Of a DNA stretch of 64,000 nucleotides, positions 45,028 through 54,040 are shown piece by piece. The DNA is taken from IMG/VR virus record IMGVR_UViG_3300025924_000001, positions 32,001 through 96,000 of that record; one strand, written 5' to 3'. Made by a program: the position numbers and the translations under genes. Within the stretch, counting starts at the first letter, position 1, and the number at the start of each line of letters is the position of its first letter. The DNA is from a virus. Its lineage: Duplodnaviria > Caudoviricetes. The notes below the pieces were generated by a model. It was not told the DNA's origin. It worked only from the letters and a program-made list of their open reading frames with translations, and did not search any database.

Positions 45028-47214
45028 GTGGTCCCCCACAAGGTGTTCTTGCCGGTCGCGGGCTCCCTGCTGACGCTCGCCCTGAGCCTCGGCCTGCTCG
45101 TGACGCGGGTCTCGACGCCGCTCGCGGTCACGGGCACCGTGGTCGCGACCGGGCTCGCCGTGCTGCTGGGCGAGCGTCTGGTTCACGTCGCGGACTCGCT
45201 GTCGCACCTCACCCTGGACGCGAAGAGCCTCGCGTTTCGCCTGGTAGCGGTCGCGGTGGTGGGCGATGGGACCGTCGCGGTAACCCTCGAGATCGTGGGC
45301 TTGACCGAGCTGCCCCGCGCCCTGCTGTGGCAGCTCGGCCTCACCGCGGCGCAGGTTGTCGTCGCGGTGATCGCGGACGAGTACCTGTCGCGGGTACGGC
45401 CGCGGCTACGGCAGGTGTCGTGGGAGCGCCGACAGGTTCGAGAGCGCGACCAGGCGGTCGCGCGACGGGACGCGGAGATCGAGGTGGGCGCCGGCGAGGC
45501 CCTGGTCAAGCGCGAGTCGGTGACCCCGGCTCCCACCGAGAGCCACGACATCCGGGTCATGCGCCTGGCGCTCAAGAAGGTGAAGCTCGGCTGGCTGGTG
45601 ATCCTGGACCGGCGGCCCCTGAGCGACGCTCGGGGCCTCTTCGGCATCCAGTTCGACGTCCAGATCACGGCCGAGGCGATGAGCCACAAGGGGCGGCGAA
45701 CGCTGCCGACGGAGGCGGCGGAGCCGATCGCCGTGGCCCTCTCGGAGCTGCTCAACCAGGTGATCGAGAGGAGGTGGGTGGGGATCCAGCGACTTCCCCG
45801 GGCCGGTGGGTACGCGATCACCGTGACCACGCAGGACGTGATGGCCCGGGTCTACCCCTTCGAGGACGAGCTGGAATGGGCGAGCGTTCAGGACCTGGTC
45901 CTGATCGGGTACGGCCTGGACGCTCAGCCGGTTTACCTGCTGCTGCGGCAGCACGGCCAGTTCCTGGGGAAGAGCCGGTCGGGCAAGTCCTCGCTGATCA
46001 ACTGCGTGCTCGCGTACCTGACCCGTTGCCGCGACGCCGTGGTCTGGATCTGCGGCACCGAGAAGCTCTACGACATGCTGGCCGGCTGGCTGGAGATCTA
46101 CCTCGACGAGGACGAGGAGATGCCCTTCGACTGGGTCATGGCCGGCCCGCAGGACACCGCGGAGTGCCTCGCGGCCCTGATGCGCGTGGCTCGGTACCGA
46201 CAGTCGCTGCGGCTCAGCCAGCGGCTGAACCTGCCGGACATCATCTGCGTTCTCGACGAGGCCTCGTTCGCGCTGCGCAACACGACGATCACGGCCGAGT
46301 TCGACGGCCGTGACCTGACGATGTCGACGCTCTGCGGCATGATCACGCAGGGCGCGGGCTCGGCGGGCTGCTGGCTCGAGTACTCCACGCAGCGGGACAC
46401 GAACGACCAGCTCGGTCCCGCCGGCGGCGACATCCAGGCGCAGACGGGGTTTACCGCGGCGTTCGGCAGCCAGGACAACCTGTCCCTGGGGCGGCAGCTC
46501 GGGGACTTCAAGCTGCCGCCGCCGGCGCACAAGGGTGAGTTCTACCTGAAGAACGACGCCGCGGAGGCTCCCTACCCGGTGCTGACGAAGGGCCGCTACC
46601 TGCAGGAGGATGACCCGAGCAAGCCTCGGCTGCACGACGGGTTGACGGTGAGCTCGGTGTCGTGGTCGCGTCGATCGTTCAAGGTCCACCTCGACGAGGG
46701 GTCGGCGCGCGCCGCGGGGGAGCTCTACGTGGCGCGGCCGACGCGGGTCACGGAGCGGTTCCTGGACTACCTCGCGAGCCCCACGTCCGTGGCTGCGCCG
46801 CTGGACATCGTGGGTGCCCGTCGGGCCGTGGCCCCCGCGCCGGCGCTCGACGCGGTGGACGCGGACGCCGCTGACCTCGCGCAACGAATGGGGTTCGACT
46901 TCGCGTCCCTTCCCGGCGCGCAGAAGGAGGCCTACCGGGAGGTGGTACGAGAGCTGCAGACGGCCACGGAGCCGCGAGCGGACCCCGCTCAGGCAGCTTC
47001 CAGTGGGCCGCCGCGGTCCGGTCGGGCGGAGCAGGTGGAGTGGGTGCTGCGCGAGGCGGGGACGCCGCTCACGTCGCGGGAGATCCTCGACGAGCTCCGG
47101 TCCGTCGGCGTCGAGGTCAAGAGCGAGGGGTCGGTGCACAACCTGCTTGGTAGGCTCGTGAGTGACGGGGTCATCGTGAAGGTGAACGGTCGCTTCCAGC
47201 TCCCGGACTGGTAA
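45028..47214 (+). CDS. FtsK/SpoIIIE-family (TraB-like) DNA translocase
   Basis: N-terminal TMs, Walker A GKSRSGKS, Walker B ICVLDE, STQR motif, C-terminal winged HTH. Confidence 0.78.
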   Translation: MVPHKVFLPVAGSLLTLALSLGLLVTRVSTPLAVTGTVVATGLAVLLGERLVHVADSLSHLTLDAKSLAFRLVAVAVVGDGTVAVTLEIVGLTELPRALLWQLGLTAAQVVVAVIADEYLSRVRPRLRQVSWERRQVRERDQAVARRDAEIEVGAGEALVKRESVTPAPTESHDIRVMRLALKKVKLGWLVILDRRPLSDARGLFGIQFDVQITAEAMSHKGRRTLPTEAAEPIAVALSELLNQVIERRWVGIQRLPRAGGYAITVTTQDVMARVYPFEDELEWASVQDLVLIGYGLDAQPVYLLLRQHGQFLGKSRSGKSSLINCVLAYLTRCRDAVVWICGTEKLYDMLAGWLEIYLDEDEEMPFDWVMAGPQDTAECLAALMRVARYRQSLRLSQRLNLPDIICVLDEASFALRNTTITAEFDGRDLTMSTLCGMITQGAGSAGCWLEYSTQRDTNDQLGPAGGDIQAQTGFTAAFGSQDNLSLGRQLGDFKLPPPAHKGEFYLKNDAAEAPYPVLTKGRYLQEDDPSKPRLHDGLTVSSVSWSRRSFKVHLDEGSARAAGELYVARPTRVTERFLDYLASPTSVAAPLDIVGARRAVAPAPALDAVDADAADLAQRMGFDFASLPGAQKEAYREVVRELQTATEPRADPAQAASSGPPRSGRAEQVEWVLREAGTPLTSREILDELRSVGVEVKSEGSVHNLLGRLVSDGVIVKVNGRFQLPDW

Positions 47215-47367
47215 CCGTCAGTTACGGCTTCATGTTTCATATGAAGCCGAGGGGTACCCCCGAGACGGCCTTCTCGCCAGGTCGGAGGCTTCACTTCGGC
47301 TTCACCTTCACATGTGAATTCACATGTGAAGTCACGCAGCGTGACAACGAGACGAGAGGAGAGGCCC

Positions 47368-48138
47368 GTGTGCCTCGGACGAACCCACGCGGTGGGTGGG
47401 GTGACGCTGGGCCTCACGGCGGCCGACCTGGTTGGGAACGTGAGCCTGGTCCAGGCGCTCGCCGGCGCGGCCGTGGCCGCCGGTGCGGCCCTGCTCAACG
47501 ACCTCGACACGCCGTCGAGCACCGTGAGCCACGCGCTGGGGCGGTCCACCCAGCGCCTAGCGAGCGGTGTTCAGCGGCTGTCTCGCGTCGTTTTCGAGCT
47601 GACCGCGACGCCGGCGGACCACCGGTACGCGTCACCCACGCATCGGGCCCTGACGCACACCCTCCTCTTCGCCGTCGCACTGGGGGTTGGGACCTGGGCG
47701 ACGGCGCGGTGGGTCCCCCTCGGGGCCGGCCTGGTCGCCCTCGTGGTCGCCGTGCCGGCGCTGCGCCTGGTGGACCGTCGGCTGCGCGGGGTGAGCCTGC
47801 TCCTGACGGCGCTGGGGGTCGCGGCGCTCGTGACCGCGGCCGCGCCGAGCGCGGTCACGGTGGGGGTCGCGGTGGGGGCTGGGGCGCTCAGCCACGACCT
47901 GCTCGACGGGTGCACCACGATGGGCGTCCCCCTGCTGTGGCCGCTCAAGCTGCGGGGCATGCGGTGGCGGCGGCTGGGGCTGCCGCGGTTCCTGCGGTTC
48001 CACACCGGAGGCCCGGTCGAGCCGTGGGTGCTGTGGCTGCTCGTCGTCATCACCGTGGGGCTCACGCCCCCAGTCCTCAGCTGGCTCGAGGTTGCCGTCA
48101 CACAGCTCATCAATTTAGCTGTTTACATTTGGGGCTGA
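47368..48138 (+). CDS. YdjM-like membrane metal-dependent hydrolase
   Basis: GRTH, LNDLD, HRALTH, SHDLLD..T..GVPLLWP. Confidence 0.85.
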   Translation: MCLGRTHAVGGVTLGLTAADLVGNVSLVQALAGAAVAAGAALLNDLDTPSSTVSHALGRSTQRLASGVQRLSRVVFELTATPADHRYASPTHRALTHTLLFAVALGVGTWATARWVPLGAGLVALVVAVPALRLVDRRLRGVSLLLTALGVAALVTAAAPSAVTVGVAVGAGALSHDLLDGCTTMGVPLLWPLKLRGMRWRRLGLPRFLRFHTGGPVEPWVLWLLVVITVGLTPPVLSWLEVAVTQLINLAVYIWG

Positions 48139-48150
48139 GGATGGTATGGT
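48122..48150 (+). promoter_or_regulatory. Promoter TTTACA-N17-TATGGT
   Basis: Recurrent motif. Confidence 0.65.
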
Positions 48151-48195
48151 TTTCTCAGCGGCTGGAAAACCGGCCAGATGAGAGGAAGACCAACC

Positions 48196-48480
48196 GTGGA
48201 CAAGATCATCCAGAACCTGGGCCCCGTCATCAGCATCGAGATCACCTGGGGAAGCGAGGACAAGATGCCGATGGTGGAGGGAGTTCTGATCGTCAAGACC
48301 GAGACCGAGGTGGAGAGCGGCAACGGGTGGGCCACCTACCGGGTCACCGCGCCGCTCGTGAACCTCGTGCACTGGGTCGCTGAGCACTACAACATGCTGG
48401 ACAAGACGACGGCTCACAACCTGGCTGACGTCTTCATCGACGCCGAGTTCGCGAAGGTCACCACCGCGTTCGGCGGGTGA
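48196..48480 (+). CDS. Hypothetical protein
   Basis: GAGGA RBS; followed by hairpin at 48486-48522. Confidence 0.6.
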   Translation: MDKIIQNLGPVISIEITWGSEDKMPMVEGVLIVKTETEVESGNGWATYRVTAPLVNLVHWVAEHYNMLDKTTAHNLADVFIDAEFAKVTTAFGG

Positions 48481-48561
48481 GAGCCGGCACCTGGAGCCGC
48501 CTAAGGAGCGGCTCCAGGTGCCGAACTACCAGGAACGACCGACCGAGGGAGAGGATCAAGC

Positions 48562-48897
48562 TTGAGCAAGCACGGAGACTACGCGAGCCGGAAGCTCGAC
48601 CAGTGGCAGCCGAAGGGGCTCGGCGGCAAGATCGTGAAGGGCGTCGCGCAGGGTGCCCGGGCGGTGGACCGCGTCGCGAGCCGCGACCCCCACAACGCGA
48701 CCGACGGCGACCCCACGCGCTGCCACATGCGCGCCCGCAGGAACGGCAAGGAGTGCAACACCAAGCTGAACGACAAGCAGCAGCGTGAGGGGCACTGCGG
48801 GAACCACGTCTGCGCGAAGGAGTACATCGCGTACACCAGCGACCCACGCTTCAACGAGTACCGGGACTCCACCCACCGGCAGGTCAAGCGTTGGTGA
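48562..48897 (+). CDS. Hypothetical Cys/His protein
   Basis: GAGGA RBS; followed by hairpin at 48905-48942. Confidence 0.55.
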   Translation: MSKHGDYASRKLDQWQPKGLGGKIVKGVAQGARAVDRVASRDPHNATDGDPTRCHMRARRNGKECNTKLNDKQQREGHCGNHVCAKEYIAYTSDPRFNEYRDSTHRQVKRW

Positions 48898-48945
48898 GGT
48901 AGAGCGAGGCGCGGCCGGGGTGGGGATGCCGGCCGCGCCTCGTTG

Positions 48946-48974
48946 TTTACAGCAAGATGTTGATGAGATACGGT
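48946..48974 (+). promoter_or_regulatory. Promoter TTTACA-N17-TACGGT
   Basis: Recurrent motif. Confidence 0.7.
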
Positions 48975-49004
48975 GAGGTCAAGGAACGAGGAAACGGAGA
49001 TCCC

Positions 49005-49370
49005 ATGAGCGTCAACTACTACGCGTGCGAGAACGACACCCCATCCATCGAGGACGGCCTTCACATCGGCAAGAGCTCCACTGGCTGGGACTTCCTGTGG
49101 CGCGGCCACGAGAAGCTGAACCTGGTGAATCGGGAGAACTGGGAGAGCTACCTCGACCAGCTGGGGATCACCATCGTTGCGGAGCACGGCGTGACGTACA
49201 CGCTCGGTGAGTTCATGCTGAAGATCGTGGACGACCGGCCAATCGACGAGGTACGGCAGCACGCGCACTACTGGCTGCGGCACGGCCGGGACTCGGTCGA
49301 CAACTCGCTGCTGATCACGAACTGGGTCGACGAGGGCGGCTACCCGTTCTGCGGCGTGGAGTTCTGCTGA
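49005..49370 (+). CDS. Hypothetical phage protein
   Basis: MSVNYY...LHIGKSSTGWDF...EF motif pattern. Confidence 0.65.
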   Translation: MSVNYYACENDTPSIEDGLHIGKSSTGWDFLWRGHEKLNLVNRENWESYLDQLGITIVAEHGVTYTLGEFMLKIVDDRPIDEVRQHAHYWLRHGRDSVDNSLLITNWVDEGGYPFCGVEFC

Positions 49371-49902
49371 TGTGGGGCGGCGGGTGGGTCGTGGTCCGTA
49401 GCTCGAGAGGCCGGTTCGTCCGACGGGTCCGGGCCTCGTCGAGCGATCACGCCGAGCACCTCAAGCGCGACCTCGAGCAGAGCTACGACCCCACGCACGT
49501 CGTGACGATCGAGATGGACGAGCGATGACCGGCGACTCACTGCTCGGCGGCCTGCAGCTCGCGTCCGTGATCTTCGCGTTCGTGGTCATCGGCCTCGTGC
49601 TGGCGGTGATCGCCGTGGTTGTCGTCTCGGTGATCGTGGCAACCGTGCGGATGCGGCGTGACCGGCGTCGCCACGAGCGGCTGCTTAACCATGGTCGCCG
49701 GCGACGGTGAGCTCCGCCGCGGCCTGAACCGGGCCGCGGCGGAGTTCCTGCGCGAGATGGCTGACCTCGTGGAGGCGAACGACGCGTACAACCTGAGTTG
49801 GGAGCGACGAACCGACTTCCCGTGGCTGTTGGTTGGACGTCGAGCTGACGAGACGCCGCTCCGGGAAACCTGGGTCATCCAGATTGACGTGCAGCGCGAG
49901 GT

Positions 49903-51054
49903 CTAGTCGCGGTGCCAGCCGCCGAGCCGGGGGTAGATGACGGCTGGGTTCACGCGATCGAGGTGACGCCTCGCGGTCGCGAGGATCCCGTCGATGACCT
50001 CGTTCGTGAGGTAGTGAGGCTCGAGGCCGAGGGCCTCGAGCCCGGTGTGCGTGACGCGATAGTGGTGGCCCATCTCCTCGACGCGGTCACTGACGAAGTG
50101 AGCGACGGTCGCACCGGGCACGCGGCTCGCGACGGCCTCCGCGACGTCGAGGATCGAGATGGACTGGGTGAGCTGGTTGAAGACCCGGAACTCCCCCGGC
50201 TCCGCGGGGTTGAGGCACGCCAGCTCGAGGCACCGCACCGCGTCGCGCAGGTTGATGAAGCCGCGGGTCTGCGAGCCGTCACCGTAGACGGACAGCTCCA
50301 CCCCGAGCGCGGCCTGGACCGCGAAGCGGTTGAGCGCGGTGCCGAAGATCGCGTCGTAGTCGAACCGGGTCGCGAGGTCGGGGTGACGCTGGGTCTGGTC
50401 GGTGTCGACGCCGTAGACGACGCCCTGGTTCAGGTCGGTGACGCGGAGGTTCCAGGCACGGCACGCGAACTCGAGGTTGTGCGAGTCGTGCACCTTGCTG
50501 AGGTGGTACCACGAGCCGGGGCGCTTCGGGTACAGCACGCGGTCGGTGCGACCCTTGTGCGTGACGTCGAGCCAGCCCTCCTCGATGTCGAGGTTGGGGG
50601 TGCCGTACTCGCCGAGGCTTCCGAGCTTGATGACGTGAATGCTGGGGTTGACCGCGTGAACGGCGTGGATCAGGTTGAGGGTGCCGATCACGTTGACGTA
50701 CTGCGTGTAGGTGGCCTGCCGCGAGCCGAGCATGGAGTACGGCGCGGAGCGCTGCTCGGCGAGGTGGATCACGGCGTCTGGCCCGAACTGGACGAGGGCG
50801 CGCTCGAGGTCGCCGGCCCGCGTGGTGTCGCCGCGGTAGAGGTGCAGCCACTCGTCGTGCGCGTCGTGCCAGGCGTCGATGCGGTTCATGAGGGTCTCAA
50901 TGGGCACGAGGCTACTCGTGCCCAGCTCGCGGTCGAGGTCGCGGCGCGCGAGGCTGTCGAAGATTCCCACCTCGAAGCCGGCCGCGGCGAGGTGCAGGAC
51001 GGTGGGCCAACCGAGAAAGCCGTCGCCACCGAGAACGAGGACGCGCACGGACAC
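49903..51054 (-). CDS. sqdB: UDP-sulfoquinovose synthase
   Basis: GGDGFLGWPT, HLAEQRSAPYSM, KLGSLGEYGTPN.DIEEG, YHLSKVHDS, TDLNQGVVYG, RFDYDAIFGTALNRF are SqdB/SQD1/Agl3 signatures. Confidence 0.88.
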   Translation of the reverse strand: MSVRVLVLGGDGFLGWPTVLHLAAAGFEVGIFDSLARRDLDRELGTSSLVPIETLMNRIDAWHDAHDEWLHLYRGDTTRAGDLERALVQFGPDAVIHLAEQRSAPYSMLGSRQATYTQYVNVIGTLNLIHAVHAVNPSIHVIKLGSLGEYGTPNLDIEEGWLDVTHKGRTDRVLYPKRPGSWYHLSKVHDSHNLEFACRAWNLRVTDLNQGVVYGVDTDQTQRHPDLATRFDYDAIFGTALNRFAVQAALGVELSVYGDGSQTRGFINLRDAVRCLELACLNPAEPGEFRVFNQLTQSISILDVAEAVASRVPGATVAHFVSDRVEEMGHHYRVTHTGLEALGLEPHYLTNEVIDGILATARRHLDRVNPAVIYPRLGGWHRD

Positions 51055-51103
51055 CTCCGGGGGTCAAGTTGCTGTCGTGGTACAGTCTACATCACGAACA
51101 GGG

Positions 51104-51133
51104 TTTACATCAAGCGGTTGGTTGTGATACGGT
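51104..51133 (+). promoter_or_regulatory. Promoter TTTACA-N18-TACGGT
   Basis: Recurrent motif. Confidence 0.65.
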
Positions 51134-51161
51134 TTCTCCAGGAACGATGGAAGGAGGAACC

Positions 51162-52579
51162 GTGAGCTACCTGGTCAACGAGCTGGTGCCGCTGCCGCGG
51201 CGGCTCTCCCCGGACAAGCCGAGCTGCGGCGTCATCCGTGAGGTGAACCTGAGCGGCGCCTGGGGCCACTACGCCCGGGTGGAGGTCGCGAGCGAGCTGC
51301 ACCTTCTCTCCTTCGAGGAGCTCGAGGCCGCGGCCGCGAGCCACCTCCGGCAGCTGGGGGTGCTGTGATCGAGCTGACGCCACCGAACGGGTGTCGCCAC
51401 TGCGGCATCGTTCGAACCGAGCACATGAACCTGTGGACCAAGGAGGCCGGGTGGCACACGTGGACGGAACCGAGCGACCGGATGCGGAAGGAGCGGATGA
51501 TCGCGCGCCGGGCGCTGCGAACGGGGACGCTGTGGCGGCGGTGGGGCAGGACGAGCTGACGATCGAGGACATCCTGATCGACGCGGCGCTGAACCACAGC
51601 GCTCGAGGGTGGGGCTACGAGAGCTGGCCGGCCTACGTTCGTGAGGAGCACGCAACCGGGAACGCCAAGCGATCATTCACCATTCACGAAGGCATCTGCG
51701 ACGCCGTTCGCGGCGTCGTGCCCCTCGTGGAGGAGCAGTACGGCATCCTCGAGACCGAGAACGACGACCTGCAGGGCGAGCTGAACGACGTGCGTCAGGT
51801 GCTCGCGGAGCTCAGCGTGCCGGTGAACCCCCTGATGTCGCTGCGACGGCAGGTCAAGTACACGATCAAGAACCTGCGTGCTGAGCTTCAGGCGATCCGC
51901 ACCAAGCTCCGCGAGGCAGGCGTCGACGGCACCCAGTACGAGGACGTGAGCACCCTGGACTGCGTCCAGCAGCTCGTGGACGCTCGCGATGCCGCGGTGG
52001 TGAACCGGAGGCGCTGCCACCAACGGCACCTGGACCTGGAGGGAAACGAGACCGTGATCGAGGGAGATGACGAGGCGTGATGACCGAGACCGACTGGATC
52101 TGGCTGACCGTGATCGTCGCCATCCTCACGATGGGAAACCTCCTGAGGGTGCTGATCGAGCGGCTGCTTCCCAAGCAGAAGAAGGACAACCGATGACCGA
52201 GGTTGAGTTCATCAAGAGGGTGCTCGCGGCGTTCAGCGACTGGTGGAAGGAGGACGTCGGTTGGCGCGTCGACGAGGACGGCGTCCATTTCTTCGCGCTG
52301 GTCAGCGACGTGTTCTGGTGGGGCAGCGCCGACGGCGAGGACATCCTCCCTGAGGACCTGCAGCTGCTGGAGAGGTGCAAGGCCGACCTCGTCGCGCTCG
52401 AGGGCTCGGAGCCGACCTGCCTTTCGGAGCTGTACGCGGCCCGGAAGCGAGGGATGCGGCCGCAGGGAGCGTGGTACGCGGGCTTGGATCCGAGCGTTTA
52501 CCACCTGTTCGACGCCTGTGGCCCGGCTCGGGACGTGGGCCTGGGAAACCCCCGGCGGCACCCCGATGAGGAGGTCTAG
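51162..52579 (+). other. Run of small hypothetical genes (51162-51368, 51365-51559, 51541-52080, 52193-52579)
   Basis: Coupled ORFs with RBS; no recognisable family. Confidence 0.55.
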
Positions 52580-53508
52580 TGACCGAGGAGCTTTCGCCGC
52601 GAGAGGTGATGGCCGTCATCATCGAGCGGTTCATGCGTCGAGAGATCGGTGGGGCCGTGATCGGCAGCCCCGACGTGCTCGACGCGATCCGCGACCAGGC
52701 CAAGGAGCTCACGACGTGGCTCGACGACGCCGGCCTGCTGCGCCGAGCCGCGACGGAGGAGGCCGCGCGTGGCCTGATCTACGTAGAGCTGCGGGACGAG
52801 CCCGCGACGTCGACCCGGGAGATCACGCCCGACGTGTCGGTTGACCTGAACGACGACTTCGAGGTCGTGGGCGTGGAGGTGATCCCGGCGGCGACGGTCA
52901 CGGTGGACGGCGTGCCGGTGACGGTGGACCGGGTCAACCTGACCGAGCTCCCCACAGACCTCTACGATCCCGAGCCGAGCGAGCACCCGCGCGAGGACCG
53001 CGTCGGCGCGCTGCGGGTGTTCAGCGGTGATCACCTGTACCTCAAGCTGGCGCAGCCCAAGGACGAGCCGTGGCACTGCGTGTACGTCGCGGGGCCCCAG
53101 CGGTTCGACGGCTGGCAGAGCGACGAGGACATGGTCGGCACGAAGCTGCTCGACCACGTGCCGGTGGAGCTCGCGTTCCCGGCCAGCCCCGAGGCGGAGG
53201 TCGACGCCGTCGCGCGGGCCCTGCACCGCCACGGCATCCTGAAGAAAACCTGCACCGACAGCTGGCACTACTGGACGACGCACCGTCACCAGGCGTACCT
53301 CGCGCTGCTCGCCGCGCCGCGCCGCGAGACCATCACGCGGGCGCAGCTGAACGTGATCGTGGACGAGTTCAGCCACGCGTGCCCGACCTGCCCCGAGGAC
53401 GAGCGCGAGTGGGTGGTCAACGTGAGTGACCTTCCCGAGATCATCGCCCGGGTGTCCGGGCAGGCAGTTGAGAGCGAACCGATGAGTGAGGAGAGCAACC
53501 GTGGCTAA
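52579..53508 (+). CDS. Mosaic protein with DUF2283-like segment
   Basis: IYVELRDEP...TREITPDVSVDLNDDFEVVGVEVI. Confidence 0.55.
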   Translation: MTEELSPREVMAVIIERFMRREIGGAVIGSPDVLDAIRDQAKELTTWLDDAGLLRRAATEEAARGLIYVELRDEPATSTREITPDVSVDLNDDFEVVGVEVIPAATVTVDGVPVTVDRVNLTELPTDLYDPEPSEHPREDRVGALRVFSGDHLYLKLAQPKDEPWHCVYVAGPQRFDGWQSDEDMVGTKLLDHVPVELAFPASPEAEVDAVARALHRHGILKKTCTDSWHYWTTHRHQAYLALLAAPRRETITRAQLNVIVDEFSHACPTCPEDEREWVVNVSDLPEIIARVSGQAVESEPMSEESNRG

Positions 53509-53739
53509 GACCGGGGAATACCAGTTCGTGCCGCTGACGAAGGGTCAGCTGTACGCGTACGCGAAGGACCTGCAGCGCGCCAACAAGCGGCTGTCGTGGA
53601 AGGACGCCCTGGAGCTCGCGACCCAGCACGAGGCGGATCGAGTCCAGAACTACGCTCAGATCGACGAGAACCTGAGCCGCAAGCGTGGACAGAAAAGGGA
53701 CTGACGGCCCGATCGCGACGAGGGAAGGCAGGTCACCGA

Positions 53740-53976
53740 GTGGGTCAGAAGAAGTACGTTCGCGAGCTAAACGAGCTCGCGGCGAGGTACGGGTTCGGTG
53801 AGGCGGAGCTGACCCGGGGCGGTCACCTCGTGGTTCAGCACCTGACGAACCACCGCAAGGTCTTCGCCGGCTCAACGCAGATGGGCTTCCGGGAGATGCT
53901 GAACTTCGAGACGACGATGCGACGTGTGGCACAGCTACCGCCGCTCAAGCCGGGTGAGCCGGACGAGGCTCGATAG
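53740..53976 (+). CDS. HicA-like small protein
   Basis: RELNELAARYGF...TRGGHLVVQH pattern. Confidence 0.4.
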   Translation: MGQKKYVRELNELAARYGFGEAELTRGGHLVVQHLTNHRKVFAGSTQMGFREMLNFETTMRRVAQLPPLKPGEPDEAR

Positions 53977-53978
53977 GG

Positions 53979-54007
53979 TTTACAACGAGGCGCTCACCTG
54001 ATAGGAT
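53979..54007 (+). promoter_or_regulatory. Promoter TTTACA-N17-TAGGAT
   Basis: Recurrent motif variant. Confidence 0.6.
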
Positions 54008-54040
54008 TGTCTCAGCAAGGAACGAGGAACGGAGGAACCG

